Virus record (IMG/VR): IMGVR_UViG_3300032205_000001
Coordinates: 1-44,217 of that record
DNA: 44,217 nucleotides
From: a virus
Taxonomy: Duplodnaviria > Heunggongvirae > Uroviricota > Caudoviricetes
Reading direction: 5' to 3' (one strand)
Within the stretch, counting starts at the first letter, position 1. Each line of letters begins with the position of its first letter. Positions 33,902 through 41,091 of this stretch are shown in pieces. A program made the translations under genes and the position numbers. The notes beneath the pieces were generated by a model. That model was not told the DNA's origin, searched no databases, and saw only the letters and a program-made list of their open reading frames with translations.

Positions 33902-34159
33902 TCAATTGTCACGCGATACAGAGACAACCACGCGCCCAATGGTGAGGAGGAGCCTCATGCCCTCGCTTAGCTTGTTGATCATCTGCATGAGGCCTGGTTC
34001 AGGAACTCGTGGGTCGATGTGTTCTGAGATATTGAAGTGCGCCTGGAATAGTTCAGACCGCGCCTTACTCAGCGACACGTCGAACGTGGCTTTGCAGGTA
34101 GCTACAACCAGCGCCATGACGTGAGGAGAAACGATTCGTCGACGAGCGAGACTTTCCAT
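33902..34159 (-). CDS. hypothetical protein (85 aa)
   Basis: First gene of minus-strand arm; start uncertain. Confidence 0.6.
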   Translation of the reverse strand: MESLARRRIVSPHVMALVVATCKATFDVSLSKARSELFQAHFNISEHIDPRVPEPGLMQMINKLSEGMRLLLTIGRVVVSVSRDN

Positions 34160-34488
34160 TTCTAACCACCCTTCCTGTTTTGACAATCGTTACTGCTGGC
34201 GGGAAGGAATCACCTATGAAAGTGCTCTGTCAATAGTCTAAGCCTAAGACCTTCCAACGGTCGCCCGCGCAAGTATATGCGTGGATTCACGTACAAAGCA
34301 GGAATGATCATATAATGCCGAGGCATTTCCCATAGGTACCCTCGGTATTTGACGTTCACTTCAAGACTATCCTACATCGATCGATGAACCATGCTTTGTC
34401 CAGCTGTGGTTGAAGCAGGTTAGACTTCGGCGCCGTAAATACTTTCACATCTTGACAACCATCAACCACCTACGCGGACAAGGACTTA

Positions 34489-34506
34489 GAAAACTCACGA
34501 GTTTTC
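34489..34506. promoter_or_regulatory. palindromic operator type A
   Basis: GAAAACTC-AC-GAGTTTTC. Confidence 0.7.
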
Positions 34507-34665
34507 CGAACAGTAAGAGAAGAACTGGAGGCAGGAACTAGGAGGAGAGGGTATTCGTTCCAAGAATAGGGGAGGAGAAGGAGGAGTAGAATCAGGTCGA
34601 CTATCAAGCGCCCGTCCCTCTACGGGGCCTGAAAACTCTCGCAAATGATCGACGCAAGTGGATCG

Positions 34666-34683
34666 GAAAACTCATGAGTTTTC
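34666..34683. promoter_or_regulatory. palindromic operator type A
   Basis: GAAAACTC-AT-GAGTTTTC. Confidence 0.7.
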
Positions 34684-34839
34684 TCGGTTTGCGTTAGATC
34701 TGCCAAGATCCTGCTCAGGCCGCCCTTCTACGCAAGTGGATCTATGGCTGCCCTGTACATGATCGGATCAGATCAAGCCTGGGTAGAGTTTTCCGATTGG
34801 GGTATCCAATCCTGGAGTTTTCCATATACTGTCTGCGTC

Positions 34840-35226
34840 ATGAGTTCTAAGCAGACGCGCAGATCTATTAGTGTTTCTCAGGATGTGTACGACAGGTTGA
34901 AGGCCTGGTGCGACGCCAATGGGCGCTCTCAGTCCGATGTTGTGGAGCAGGAGACTCGTAAGTTCCTAGGGATGGAACCACGCACGAAAGTTTCGGTCAG
35001 ACTTCCTCAAGTTTCGGCGAAAGTCCCCCGAGTTTCGGCGAAAGTGTCTACTGTTTCGGAGAGGTTGAAAGAAACTACGCCCGAGTCCACGTGGACGCCG
35101 GCCATCGAGCTTCCTGCTGGAGTTCGCAACTCCGGCTCACGAGTAGAGACCATCAAGGAGGTCGTGGAGTCCAAGAAGGTAGAGCCGCCGCCTGGGGACA
35201 AGGCTTCCAAGATCTTTACGTTCTAG
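34840..35226 (+). CDS. ribbon-helix-helix (CopG/Arc-like) DNA-binding protein with low-complexity tail
   Basis: RRSISVSQDVYDRLKAWCDANGRSQSDVVEQ; TATACT 9 nt upstream. Confidence 0.75.
   Translation: MSSKQTRRSISVSQDVYDRLKAWCDANGRSQSDVVEQETRKFLGMEPRTKVSVRLPQVSAKVPRVSAKVSTVSERLKETTPESTWTPAIELPAGVRNSGSRVETIKEVVESKKVEPPPGDKASKIFTF
34990..35059 (+). repeat. four GTTTCGG cores at exact 21-bp period
   Basis: GTTTCGG at 34990, 35011, 35032, 35053; AGTTTCGGCGAAAGT identical at 35010 and 35031. Confidence 0.85.
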
Positions 35227-35312
35227 AGAACGTCGTCTACCGATCAGTAGACGTTGTCTGTTCGTGATCGGTCATCGTCTATTGGTTGGATGATCAAGGC
35301 GCCGAGGGTATG

Positions 35313-35330
35313 GAAAACTCATGAGTTTTC
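35313..35330. promoter_or_regulatory. palindromic operator type A
   Basis: GAAAACTC-AT-GAGTTTTC. Confidence 0.7.
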
Positions 35331-35463
35331 TACTTCCCACCCTGATCGCCGGCCCAGACCTTGACAGTTGCTAGTGCCGCCTGCTGGTACAGAACAGCGG
35401 GGATTGCGTTTGATCTCGGAGTATCTCTCCATACTCGCGTACCCTGGACAATGCACGAATCTC

Positions 35464-35497
35464 CGAAAATCCGTACGAGCTGAGCTGTAGTGCGGGA
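35464..35497 (+). promoter_or_regulatory. ECF-like promoter
   Basis: CGAAAA-N16-TGTAGT; followed by GGAGG and short ORF. Confidence 0.7.
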
Positions 35498-35510
35498 ATA
35501 CGGAGGATTG

Positions 35511-35579
35511 ATGGCACTGAACCTAAATCCAGTATCGGGGATGAAAATGTTCTGCTGCTCGCCGGTAGTGTCTCCATGA
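35511..35579 (+). CDS. putative 22-aa leader ORF
   Basis: GGAGG SD then MALNLNPVSGMKMFCCSPVVSP; stop overlaps ATPase ATG. Confidence 0.35.
   Translation: MALNLNPVSGMKMFCCSPVVSP
35542..35575 (+). promoter_or_regulatory. ECF-like promoter
   Basis: TGAAAA-N16-GGTAGT-N6-ATG. Confidence 0.7.
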
Positions 35580-36865
35580 TGAAGCTGCCGCTCACCTTGG
35601 GGACCACGCCCGACGGCGATGAAGTTCAGCTGCCTATCGATGCACTGCGCCGCCACATGCTGGCGCTCGGTGCTTCGGGTAGCGGCAAGACCGTGCTCTG
35701 TAAGGTCGTCGTCGAGGAGTGCATCCGTAAGCGGCTGCCCGTGATTGCGGTCGACCCGCAGGGGGACCTAGCTTCGCTGGCACTCTCGGAGGACCCGGCC
35801 GTGCTGGTCAAGATGGGAGTCGACGAGCGCACGGCCCACGAATTCCGTGAGCGTGTGGACGTGAAAATCTGGACCCCGGGCGCAACCATCGGCATCCCGG
35901 TTTCGTTCACGCCCAACATGACCGTTCCCGACGGAGTGAGGCCGGAGGACAGGCTCCGGGCATTCGGCGCTGTGGCGCAAGCCCTTGCGTCGATGGTGGG
36001 TGCGCAAAACGAGACCACGGCGACGGCTTTCTCCATGGTTTTGGAGTACGCCGACAACAACGGACTGGCCTGCGAAAATATCCAGGATTTCATCAACTTC
36101 CTGGCTGACCCGCCGGCACCGCTCGCGCGCTCGATGGATGTCGTGTTCGATTCCAAGGCCCGGAGCAAGGCCCACAAAGCCTTTCTCATCAAGACCTTGG
36201 GCGCGAATCGCCTGCTCTTTGACTTGGGCGCTCCCATCGATATCGATGAGATGTTCGGCCTGTACACGGGCGGACCGTCGGACACTGGGAAAGCGCGGCT
36301 GTCAATCATCTACCTGAACACCCTCACTTCACAGGAGGACAAGGAAATTTTCGTGTCTCTGCTTTGTAGTGCCCTGTACCAGTGGATGCTGACGCTTGAT
36401 GGTTCGCAGCTCTGGGGGATGCTCTACATGGATGAGGTCGCACCCTACCTGCCGCCGGTCAAGAATCCCGCTTCCAAGCAAGCGCTAATGATGCTGATTC
36501 GCCAGGCCCGGAAGTACGGCTTGTGCTGTCTGCTCGCAACGCAGAGCCCAGGGGACATCGATTACAAGGCGATGGGGCAGGTGGGCACGATGGCCATCGG
36601 CCGCATCATGGGCGAGCGTGCTCTCGGCAAGGTCGAGCCGCTCATTCGTGCGCAGCCGGGGACGGATACGGATGCCATCATTCAAGGGCTGCCGGGCATG
36701 TCCAAGGGTCGATTCGTGCTCGTGAATCCCGACGTGTACGAGCATCCGACGGAGGCGCAAGTGCGTTGGCTGGTGAGCAAGCATGTCAACGTGACGGCGG
36801 ACGGAGTCGCCGACCTAGTTACAGACGAGGACCGTGAAAATCTCGGTCGTGGCGGTTGTAGTTAG
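35576..36865 (+). CDS. HerA/DUF87-like P-loop ATPase (FtsK/HerA superfamily)
   Basis: Walker A GASGSGKT, AVDPQGD, Walker B LYMDE, RQARKYG, ATQSPGDID. Confidence 0.88.
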   Translation: MMKLPLTLGTTPDGDEVQLPIDALRRHMLALGASGSGKTVLCKVVVEECIRKRLPVIAVDPQGDLASLALSEDPAVLVKMGVDERTAHEFRERVDVKIWTPGATIGIPVSFTPNMTVPDGVRPEDRLRAFGAVAQALASMVGAQNETTATAFSMVLEYADNNGLACENIQDFINFLADPPAPLARSMDVVFDSKARSKAHKAFLIKTLGANRLLFDLGAPIDIDEMFGLYTGGPSDTGKARLSIIYLNTLTSQEDKEIFVSLLCSALYQWMLTLDGSQLWGMLYMDEVAPYLPPVKNPASKQALMMLIRQARKYGLCCLLATQSPGDIDYKAMGQVGTMAIGRIMGERALGKVEPLIRAQPGTDTDAIIQGLPGMSKGRFVLVNPDVYEHPTEAQVRWLVSKHVNVTADGVADLVTDEDRENLGRGGCS

Positions 36866-36868
36866 GTC
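36835..36868 (+). promoter_or_regulatory. ECF-like promoter (no ORF downstream)
   Basis: TGAAAA-N16-TGTAGT. Confidence 0.7.
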
Positions 36869-36940
36869 ATTGGAAGCGCAGGCCAGCTGTACCGCGTCGT
36901 GGACGCCATAGGCTCCGGCTGGTTTGCGTTTCCGCTTTGC
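36869..36940 (+). ncRNA. candidate small structured RNA
   Basis: Consensus promoter with no start codon at +1; 16-bp stem 36872-36887/36918-36933 with three G-U pairs. Confidence 0.5.
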
Positions 36941-36964
36941 GCAGAGAGTTTTCCAAATCCTCTG

Positions 36965-36998
36965 TGAAAAAGAAGACTGGCTCAGGAGTAGTAGCACC
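36965..36998 (+). promoter_or_regulatory. ECF-like promoter
   Basis: TGAAAA-N16-AGTAGT-N6-ATG. Confidence 0.75.
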
Positions 36999-37424
36999 AT
37001 GTTCCTTGACGAAGACAACAGCAAGAAGCGCAAGAGCAACATGTTCTTCTCGTGCGGCCCGAGCGAAGAGGACCGCCGAATTGTCCCGTCGAAGTTCTAT
37101 CGAACCGACGATATGGACTGCACCTACTTCAAGCTGACGGCGCCGGTTCATGTTCGTCTCAAGGACATCAACGGAGTCGAGCGGCTGACAGCGGTGAGCG
37201 GCCCGGTCGTCTTCATCGCCAAGGGTGACGATTTCTGGGGCGGCGAGAACGCCAAGGACTATCGCTCGAAGGTTATCGAGCACCCTACCTACAGGGCGCT
37301 GCTGGGAGCCGCTCAGGCTTCTCAGAAGTTCACGCGCGACTACCACCACTCGTTCATCGAGGGCGTGACGTTCAAGGGTTACGAGGGCACCACCATGATC
37401 CTCCAGTTGCAGTTCGGGTCGTAG
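36999..37424 (+). CDS. hypothetical protein (141 aa)
   Basis: Start MFLDE is 6 nt after promoter motif. Confidence 0.85.
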   Translation: MFLDEDNSKKRKSNMFFSCGPSEEDRRIVPSKFYRTDDMDCTYFKLTAPVHVRLKDINGVERLTAVSGPVVFIAKGDDFWGGENAKDYRSKVIEHPTYRALLGAAQASQKFTRDYHHSFIEGVTFKGYEGTTMILQLQFGS

Positions 37425-37509
37425 ACCCCTGCGCCTGGAGTTTTCCATCTGAAAGGAGCGCTTGGTAATTTAGGCCTGCTGGATTGTAGCTATCTCAAAG
37501 GAATCAATC

Positions 37510-37686
37510 ATGACCGACAAGCAGAAGTTAGAACTGGCGTTACAGAACAACAAGAACCTGGAGAAGCGGGTCATTGATCTAGAAGAGCAGATGGCACTGG
37601 TGCTGCGGGCTCTTCGAGTTGTGACAGAGAAGAAGGCACAAGAGAAAGACCCGAGCTTCAAGGTTCACGAAACAAACGAGGCCTGA
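37510..37686 (+). CDS. small coiled-coil protein (58 aa, not in ORF track)
   Basis: AAAGGA SD; MTDKQKLELALQNNKNLEKRVIDLEEQMALVLRAL... Confidence 0.75.
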   Translation: MTDKQKLELALQNNKNLEKRVIDLEEQMALVLRALRVVTEKKAQEKDPSFKVHETNEA

Positions 37687-37701
37687 GGTTGTAGTGCTGC
37701 C
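37668..37701 (+). promoter_or_regulatory. ECF-like promoter
   Basis: CGAAAC-N16-TGTAGT-N6-ATG. Confidence 0.8.
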
Positions 37702-38103
37702 ATGAACTACAAGTGGAAGAAGCTGTTCAAGGCGAAGGGTGGCCACAAGTATTTCCGTGATGAGATCACGGGGATGATTGCGGTCGCCGACGATTCGGGC
37801 TCCACGCCAGACCAGACCGAAGACGGCGTGCTGTGGCTGGACTACAAGCGGTGCGTGTGCATCGCGACCGACAAGAACGGCAGAACCTGGATCACAATTC
37901 CAGTTCTCAAGGAGAGCCGCTACGGTGGTCCGGTTACTCAGAGCTGCACGCCGGCATCAGCTCACGAAGCTGTCGAGGTGTGTGCCCGTTTCAACATGCG
38001 GCTGGTGCTCGACGGTGACAGGTTCGTGCTAGTACGCGAGAAGGTGGCCGATCAGGGCGGTGACGATCACGGCGCTGATCAGCAAGACAGCGTACAGGCC
38101 TAG
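37702..38103 (+). CDS. hypothetical protein (133 aa)
   Basis: Promoter 6 nt before ATG. Confidence 0.85.
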   Translation: MNYKWKKLFKAKGGHKYFRDEITGMIAVADDSGSTPDQTEDGVLWLDYKRCVCIATDKNGRTWITIPVLKESRYGGPVTQSCTPASAHEAVEVCARFNMRLVLDGDRFVLVREKVADQGGDDHGADQQDSVQA

Positions 38104-38208
38104 GCTGCTGTTTCGCTTATCCTTGGGCATTCTGTGTACAATGCCCTTGAGTAGCTCGCGCCGATGCACGCCTCCTTATCGGTGATGCAGCACGTAATGT
38201 CCACTGTG

Positions 38209-38242
38209 TGAAAAAACAGCCAATCACAGGTGTAGTACAACC
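38209..38242 (+). promoter_or_regulatory. ECF-like promoter
   Basis: TGAAAA-N16-TGTAGT-N6-ATG. Confidence 0.8.
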
Positions 38243-38551
38243 ATGATTCTCTTCCTCTGCTACGTGTTCCCGCCGCTTGCGGTGTTGCTCATGGGGAGGC
38301 CATTCAGTGCCGTACTGAATTTCTTTCTCACGTGCTTCATGTGGTTCCCGGGTATCGGCCACGCGCTCGTGTGCTACGCCGACTACAAGGGCGACAAGAT
38401 GACCAACAAGGTTGTGAGAGCCGTCAATCGTCCCACGTGGACGCAAGCTGCACCGGCTCCAGTTCGTCAGCGCAGGCAGAGAGTCGAGGCGGTGTACATC
38501 GATGACCCGGGCGTTGGCATGAACGGTACGCAGTTCCGTCGTAAGGCTTAG
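38243..38551 (+). CDS. YqaE/Pmp3-family membrane protein with extended basic C-terminal tail
   Basis: LCYVFPPLAVLL...LNFFLTCFMWFPGIGHAL. Confidence 0.82.
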   Translation: MILFLCYVFPPLAVLLMGRPFSAVLNFFLTCFMWFPGIGHALVCYADYKGDKMTNKVVRAVNRPTWTQAAPAPVRQRRQRVEAVYIDDPGVGMNGTQFRRKA

Positions 38552-38661
38552 TCGGCTGGAAGGGCCGCATCAACTTCACGTTTGGAGTACTACAAGCGTG
38601 ATGCACTCATTGTGCGCACAATGAGAAACGGTGCTGCCCTTCGAGTCGACCAGGGGGAAAG

Positions 38662-38679
38662 GAAAACTCAGGAGTTTTC
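38662..38679. promoter_or_regulatory. palindromic operator type A
   Basis: GAAAACTC-AG-GAGTTTTC. Confidence 0.7.
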
Positions 38680-38686
38680 TGTTCCA

Positions 38687-38700
38687 CGCAAGGGCTTGCG
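38687..38700. promoter_or_regulatory. palindromic operator type B
   Basis: CGCAAG-GG-CTTGCG, 7 nt from a type A site. Confidence 0.55.
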
Positions 38701-38705
38701 TTGGT

Positions 38706-38724
38706 GGCAGGTTCGACTCCTGCC
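38706..38724 (+). other. isolated tRNA T-arm-like hairpin
   Basis: GGCAGG-TTCGACT-CCTGCC; no complete cloverleaf found. Confidence 0.55.
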
Positions 38725-38792
38725 GGAGTACGTGCTACCGCCGCAGCCTGTACAGCGGTGTAGCGCAGTGCGTCAGACGAATTGCGGACGCT

Positions 38793-38826
38793 ATGAAGAC
38801 TACAATTGAAACGCCCTGATTTTTCA
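38793..38826 (-). promoter_or_regulatory. ECF-like promoter (no ORF downstream)
   Basis: TGAAAA-N16-TGTAGT. Confidence 0.65.
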
Positions 38827-38857
38827 GGGCAAAGAGTTTTCCATCCCCGCCCCGCCG

Positions 38858-39052
38858 TCAGACCTTCTTGCCATAGTTGATGCGAAACCACGTGCCACCG
38901 TGCATCTCGGCATCGCTACGGGCTACGAAGCACTGGAAACCGGCACGCTTTAAGTCCGCCGGCATGGTGCGTAACCCGTATCGTTCGGCTTGCTTACGCG
39001 TCATCGGCTTGTCGAGCGTGGTCAATCCGACCTTGACGGGGAGCTTCTCCAT
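38858..39052 (-). CDS. hypothetical protein (64 aa)
   Basis: Promoter 6 nt before ATG; divergent from 39130. Confidence 0.8.
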   Translation of the reverse strand: MEKLPVKVGLTTLDKPMTRKQAERYGLRTMPADLKRAGFQCFVARSDAEMHGGTWFRINYGKKV

Positions 39053-39086
39053 GCCCGGACTACAACCGGGGCAGGACGATTTTTCT
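39053..39086 (-). promoter_or_regulatory. ECF-like promoter
   Basis: AGAAAA-N16-TGTAGT-N6-ATG. Confidence 0.75.
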
Positions 39087-39095
39087 GAAGTTCGG

Positions 39096-39129
39096 TGAAA
39101 AAGAATCTCCGGCGATTTGTAGTTCGGGC
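39096..39129 (+). promoter_or_regulatory. ECF-like promoter
   Basis: TGAAAA-N16-TGTAGT-N6-ATG. Confidence 0.8.
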
Positions 39130-40584
39130 ATGACGACGAACCTCAACATCAAGGATGCGAACATGGATGACGCTTCGGCCCGCTTCTCTCTCATCGAGAT
39201 GGACAACACCCCGACGTTCGTGGCGAAGCCGGACCCGACTCCGGTTCCCGCCCCGACCCCCGACATCACGGGTCAGGAAATGTACGGCTCGCCCGGTGTC
39301 AGCGCCGAGGGCAAGGCTCGTGCGCTCGCCGACCAGGCTGCCGCCGAGGCCAGCGGCTGGAACCTCGCGCCCCCGGTCTACGAGATCGGCCGTGTGGTCA
39401 ACAGCATGGGCGTTGGCAACTACCGCGCTTCCCGCACGGAGCACGACGACATGCCGAGCACCACCGAGGGGCTCAACAAGCTGATCGACGTGGTCAAGAG
39501 CGAGAACCGCAGGGATCTCGTGTGCGCGGTCCCGTCCCTCAAGATGCTGCCCGATGGTCGCATCACCCGTGGCCAGGCCGTGCTCCCCATCTCGGAGCGT
39601 GCGATCTCCGGTGTCGGCACCCACATCACGCCCGGTGGTGCTGGCTACCTGAAGCAGTGCCCGCCCGAGCTGCGCGCGGTCAACTTCAACCACTGGGCGG
39701 CGAACGGCTTCCGTGAGGACGTCCGCGCCACCGTGGCTGCCAAGGAGGAGTGGGTCAACAATGGTTCCAAGGGGCAGGAGCCTGGCCCGGTCATGAAGGA
39801 GAAGGAGGTCACCGTCCGCACGCGCCTCAACCACGCCACGAATGGCCGTGAGGCATGGAGCATCGTCGGACCCCGCTACGGTGCGCACGACGTCGACAAG
39901 ATCGCCGAGCAGATCTTGACGTCCCCGAGCATCCCGGGCGATGCCAAGTGCGACATCGTGTACGACGGCTACCGTGCCCGGATCGACGTGCTGTTCCACA
40001 GCAACGTTCAGCCGGAGAAGGTGGTTGCCGGCGAGATCTTCAAGGCTGGCATCATGGTCAAGACTGCCGACGACGGCAGCGGCTCGATCCAGATCTCGGC
40101 TCAGGTCTGGCGCAACCTCTGCCTCAACCTCATCATCATCGATCACGCGAAGGATCTCGTGACCCGCCGCAAGCACTACGGCACGGGGATCCAGGCCGAT
40201 GTCGAGGCCGGCATCGTCACGGCGATGGGGAAGATCAAGCATTTCGCCGACAAGTGGTCCGAGGCGACCCTGGAGAACGTGCTGGAGAAGTACGGTGTTG
40301 CCGACGTCGACGCCGTGTTCCGTGGCCTGGTCTACAACAAGGTGGTCCACGTCCCGGGCATCAAGCCGGAGGAGATGATGGAGCGGCTTCAGCGCGCCTA
40401 CCAGGCCGAGCCTGGCTACGGCAAGGATGCCATCGTCAACGCGGTGACTCGTGCGGCTCATACGGAAACGTGGGGCTCGTGGACCGATGTCGAGGACATG
40501 GAGCGGACGGGCGGCGCCCTGCTGTTTCAGCCGGTCTGGAACCTCACCGTCCCGGCGGAAGAGCTGCCCGAACTGGGCTACTAG
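39130..40584 (+). CDS. DUF932-like domain protein (484 aa)
   Basis: VGPRYGAHD, GIMVKTADDGSGSIQISAQVWRNLCLN, RRKHYG resemble DUF932/DUF945 core. Confidence 0.7.
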   Translation: MTTNLNIKDANMDDASARFSLIEMDNTPTFVAKPDPTPVPAPTPDITGQEMYGSPGVSAEGKARALADQAAAEASGWNLAPPVYEIGRVVNSMGVGNYRASRTEHDDMPSTTEGLNKLIDVVKSENRRDLVCAVPSLKMLPDGRITRGQAVLPISERAISGVGTHITPGGAGYLKQCPPELRAVNFNHWAANGFREDVRATVAAKEEWVNNGSKGQEPGPVMKEKEVTVRTRLNHATNGREAWSIVGPRYGAHDVDKIAEQILTSPSIPGDAKCDIVYDGYRARIDVLFHSNVQPEKVVAGEIFKAGIMVKTADDGSGSIQISAQVWRNLCLNLIIIDHAKDLVTRRKHYGTGIQADVEAGIVTAMGKIKHFADKWSEATLENVLEKYGVADVDAVFRGLVYNKVVHVPGIKPEEMMERLQRAYQAEPGYGKDAIVNAVTRAAHTETWGSWTDVEDMERTGGALLFQPVWNLTVPAEELPELGY

Positions 40585-40604
40585 TCAGCGGCTCGCCGAT
40601 TCCG

Positions 40605-40638
40605 TGAAAACGGTCGGCGCCTCGGTTGTAGTAACCCT
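40605..40638 (+). promoter_or_regulatory. ECF-like promoter (no ORF downstream)
   Basis: TGAAAA-N16-TGTAGT. Confidence 0.65.
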
Positions 40639-40658
40639 GAGGGGAGACCCTCGGGGTT
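40633..40658 (+). other. GNRA-capped hairpin (terminator or sRNA)
   Basis: AACCCTGAGGG-GAGA-CCCTCGGGGTT, 11 bp with one G-U. Confidence 0.6.
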
Positions 40659-40700
40659 GTTCTCTTGGCCAAGAGAGTTTTCCTGGCCATGAGAATCCTC

Positions 40701-40734
40701 TGAAAAACGAAGCGACAACGGTTGTAGTGGAACC
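40701..40734 (+). promoter_or_regulatory. ECF-like promoter
   Basis: TGAAAA-N16-TGTAGT-N6-ATG. Confidence 0.8.
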
Positions 40735-41091
40735 ATGGCTGACTGGAAGCAAGATCGCCCCGTCATCAAGCGAGAGCACGTGATGATGGTGTACACCGGC
40801 AAGCAAGGCTGCATGTGTGGCTGCAACGGCAAGTACAAGTACCGCAAGGATGCGGTTGCCGCTGGCAAGACCAATCGCGGCTACGATGTGAAGCCGGATG
40901 AGGTCAACGAAGGCGTGGTCACTCGTGTTCTGAACGAACTCGCTACGCTCGACAATGTCGAGGTGGGTGAGATCTACAGCCGCGAGAAGGGCGACTCCCT
41001 GTTCTACCTCTGGGACAATCCCGAGACCGGCCGTCGTGTCGCTGTGTACACGCTGCCAGGCGCTCCGTACGTCAAGCCGGAGGGTGTGTAA
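40735..41091 (+). CDS. hypothetical protein (118 aa)
   Basis: YTGKQGCMCGCNGKY motif; promoter 6 nt before ATG. Confidence 0.85.
   Translation: MADWKQDRPVIKREHVMMVYTGKQGCMCGCNGKYKYRKDAVAAGKTNRGYDVKPDEVNEGVVTRVLNELATLDNVEVGEIYSREKGDSLFYLWDNPETGRRVAVYTLPGAPYVKPEGV

Noticed and set aside
34744-34839. 32-codon N-terminal extension of the RHH gene
   Set aside because: Runs through operator half-sites and a TATACT box; the RHH beta-strand begins right after ATG 34840.
38586-38790. Complete or permuted tRNA (including tRNA-Sec) built from the T-arm and GCGGTGTAGCGCAG
   Set aside because: No matching 7-8 bp acceptor stem, D-arm or anticodon arm (no TCA anticodon loop) could be assembled.
39022-40461. 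479-aa minus-strand ORF
   Set aside because: Antisense shadow of the DUF932-like gene caused by strong GC3 bias.
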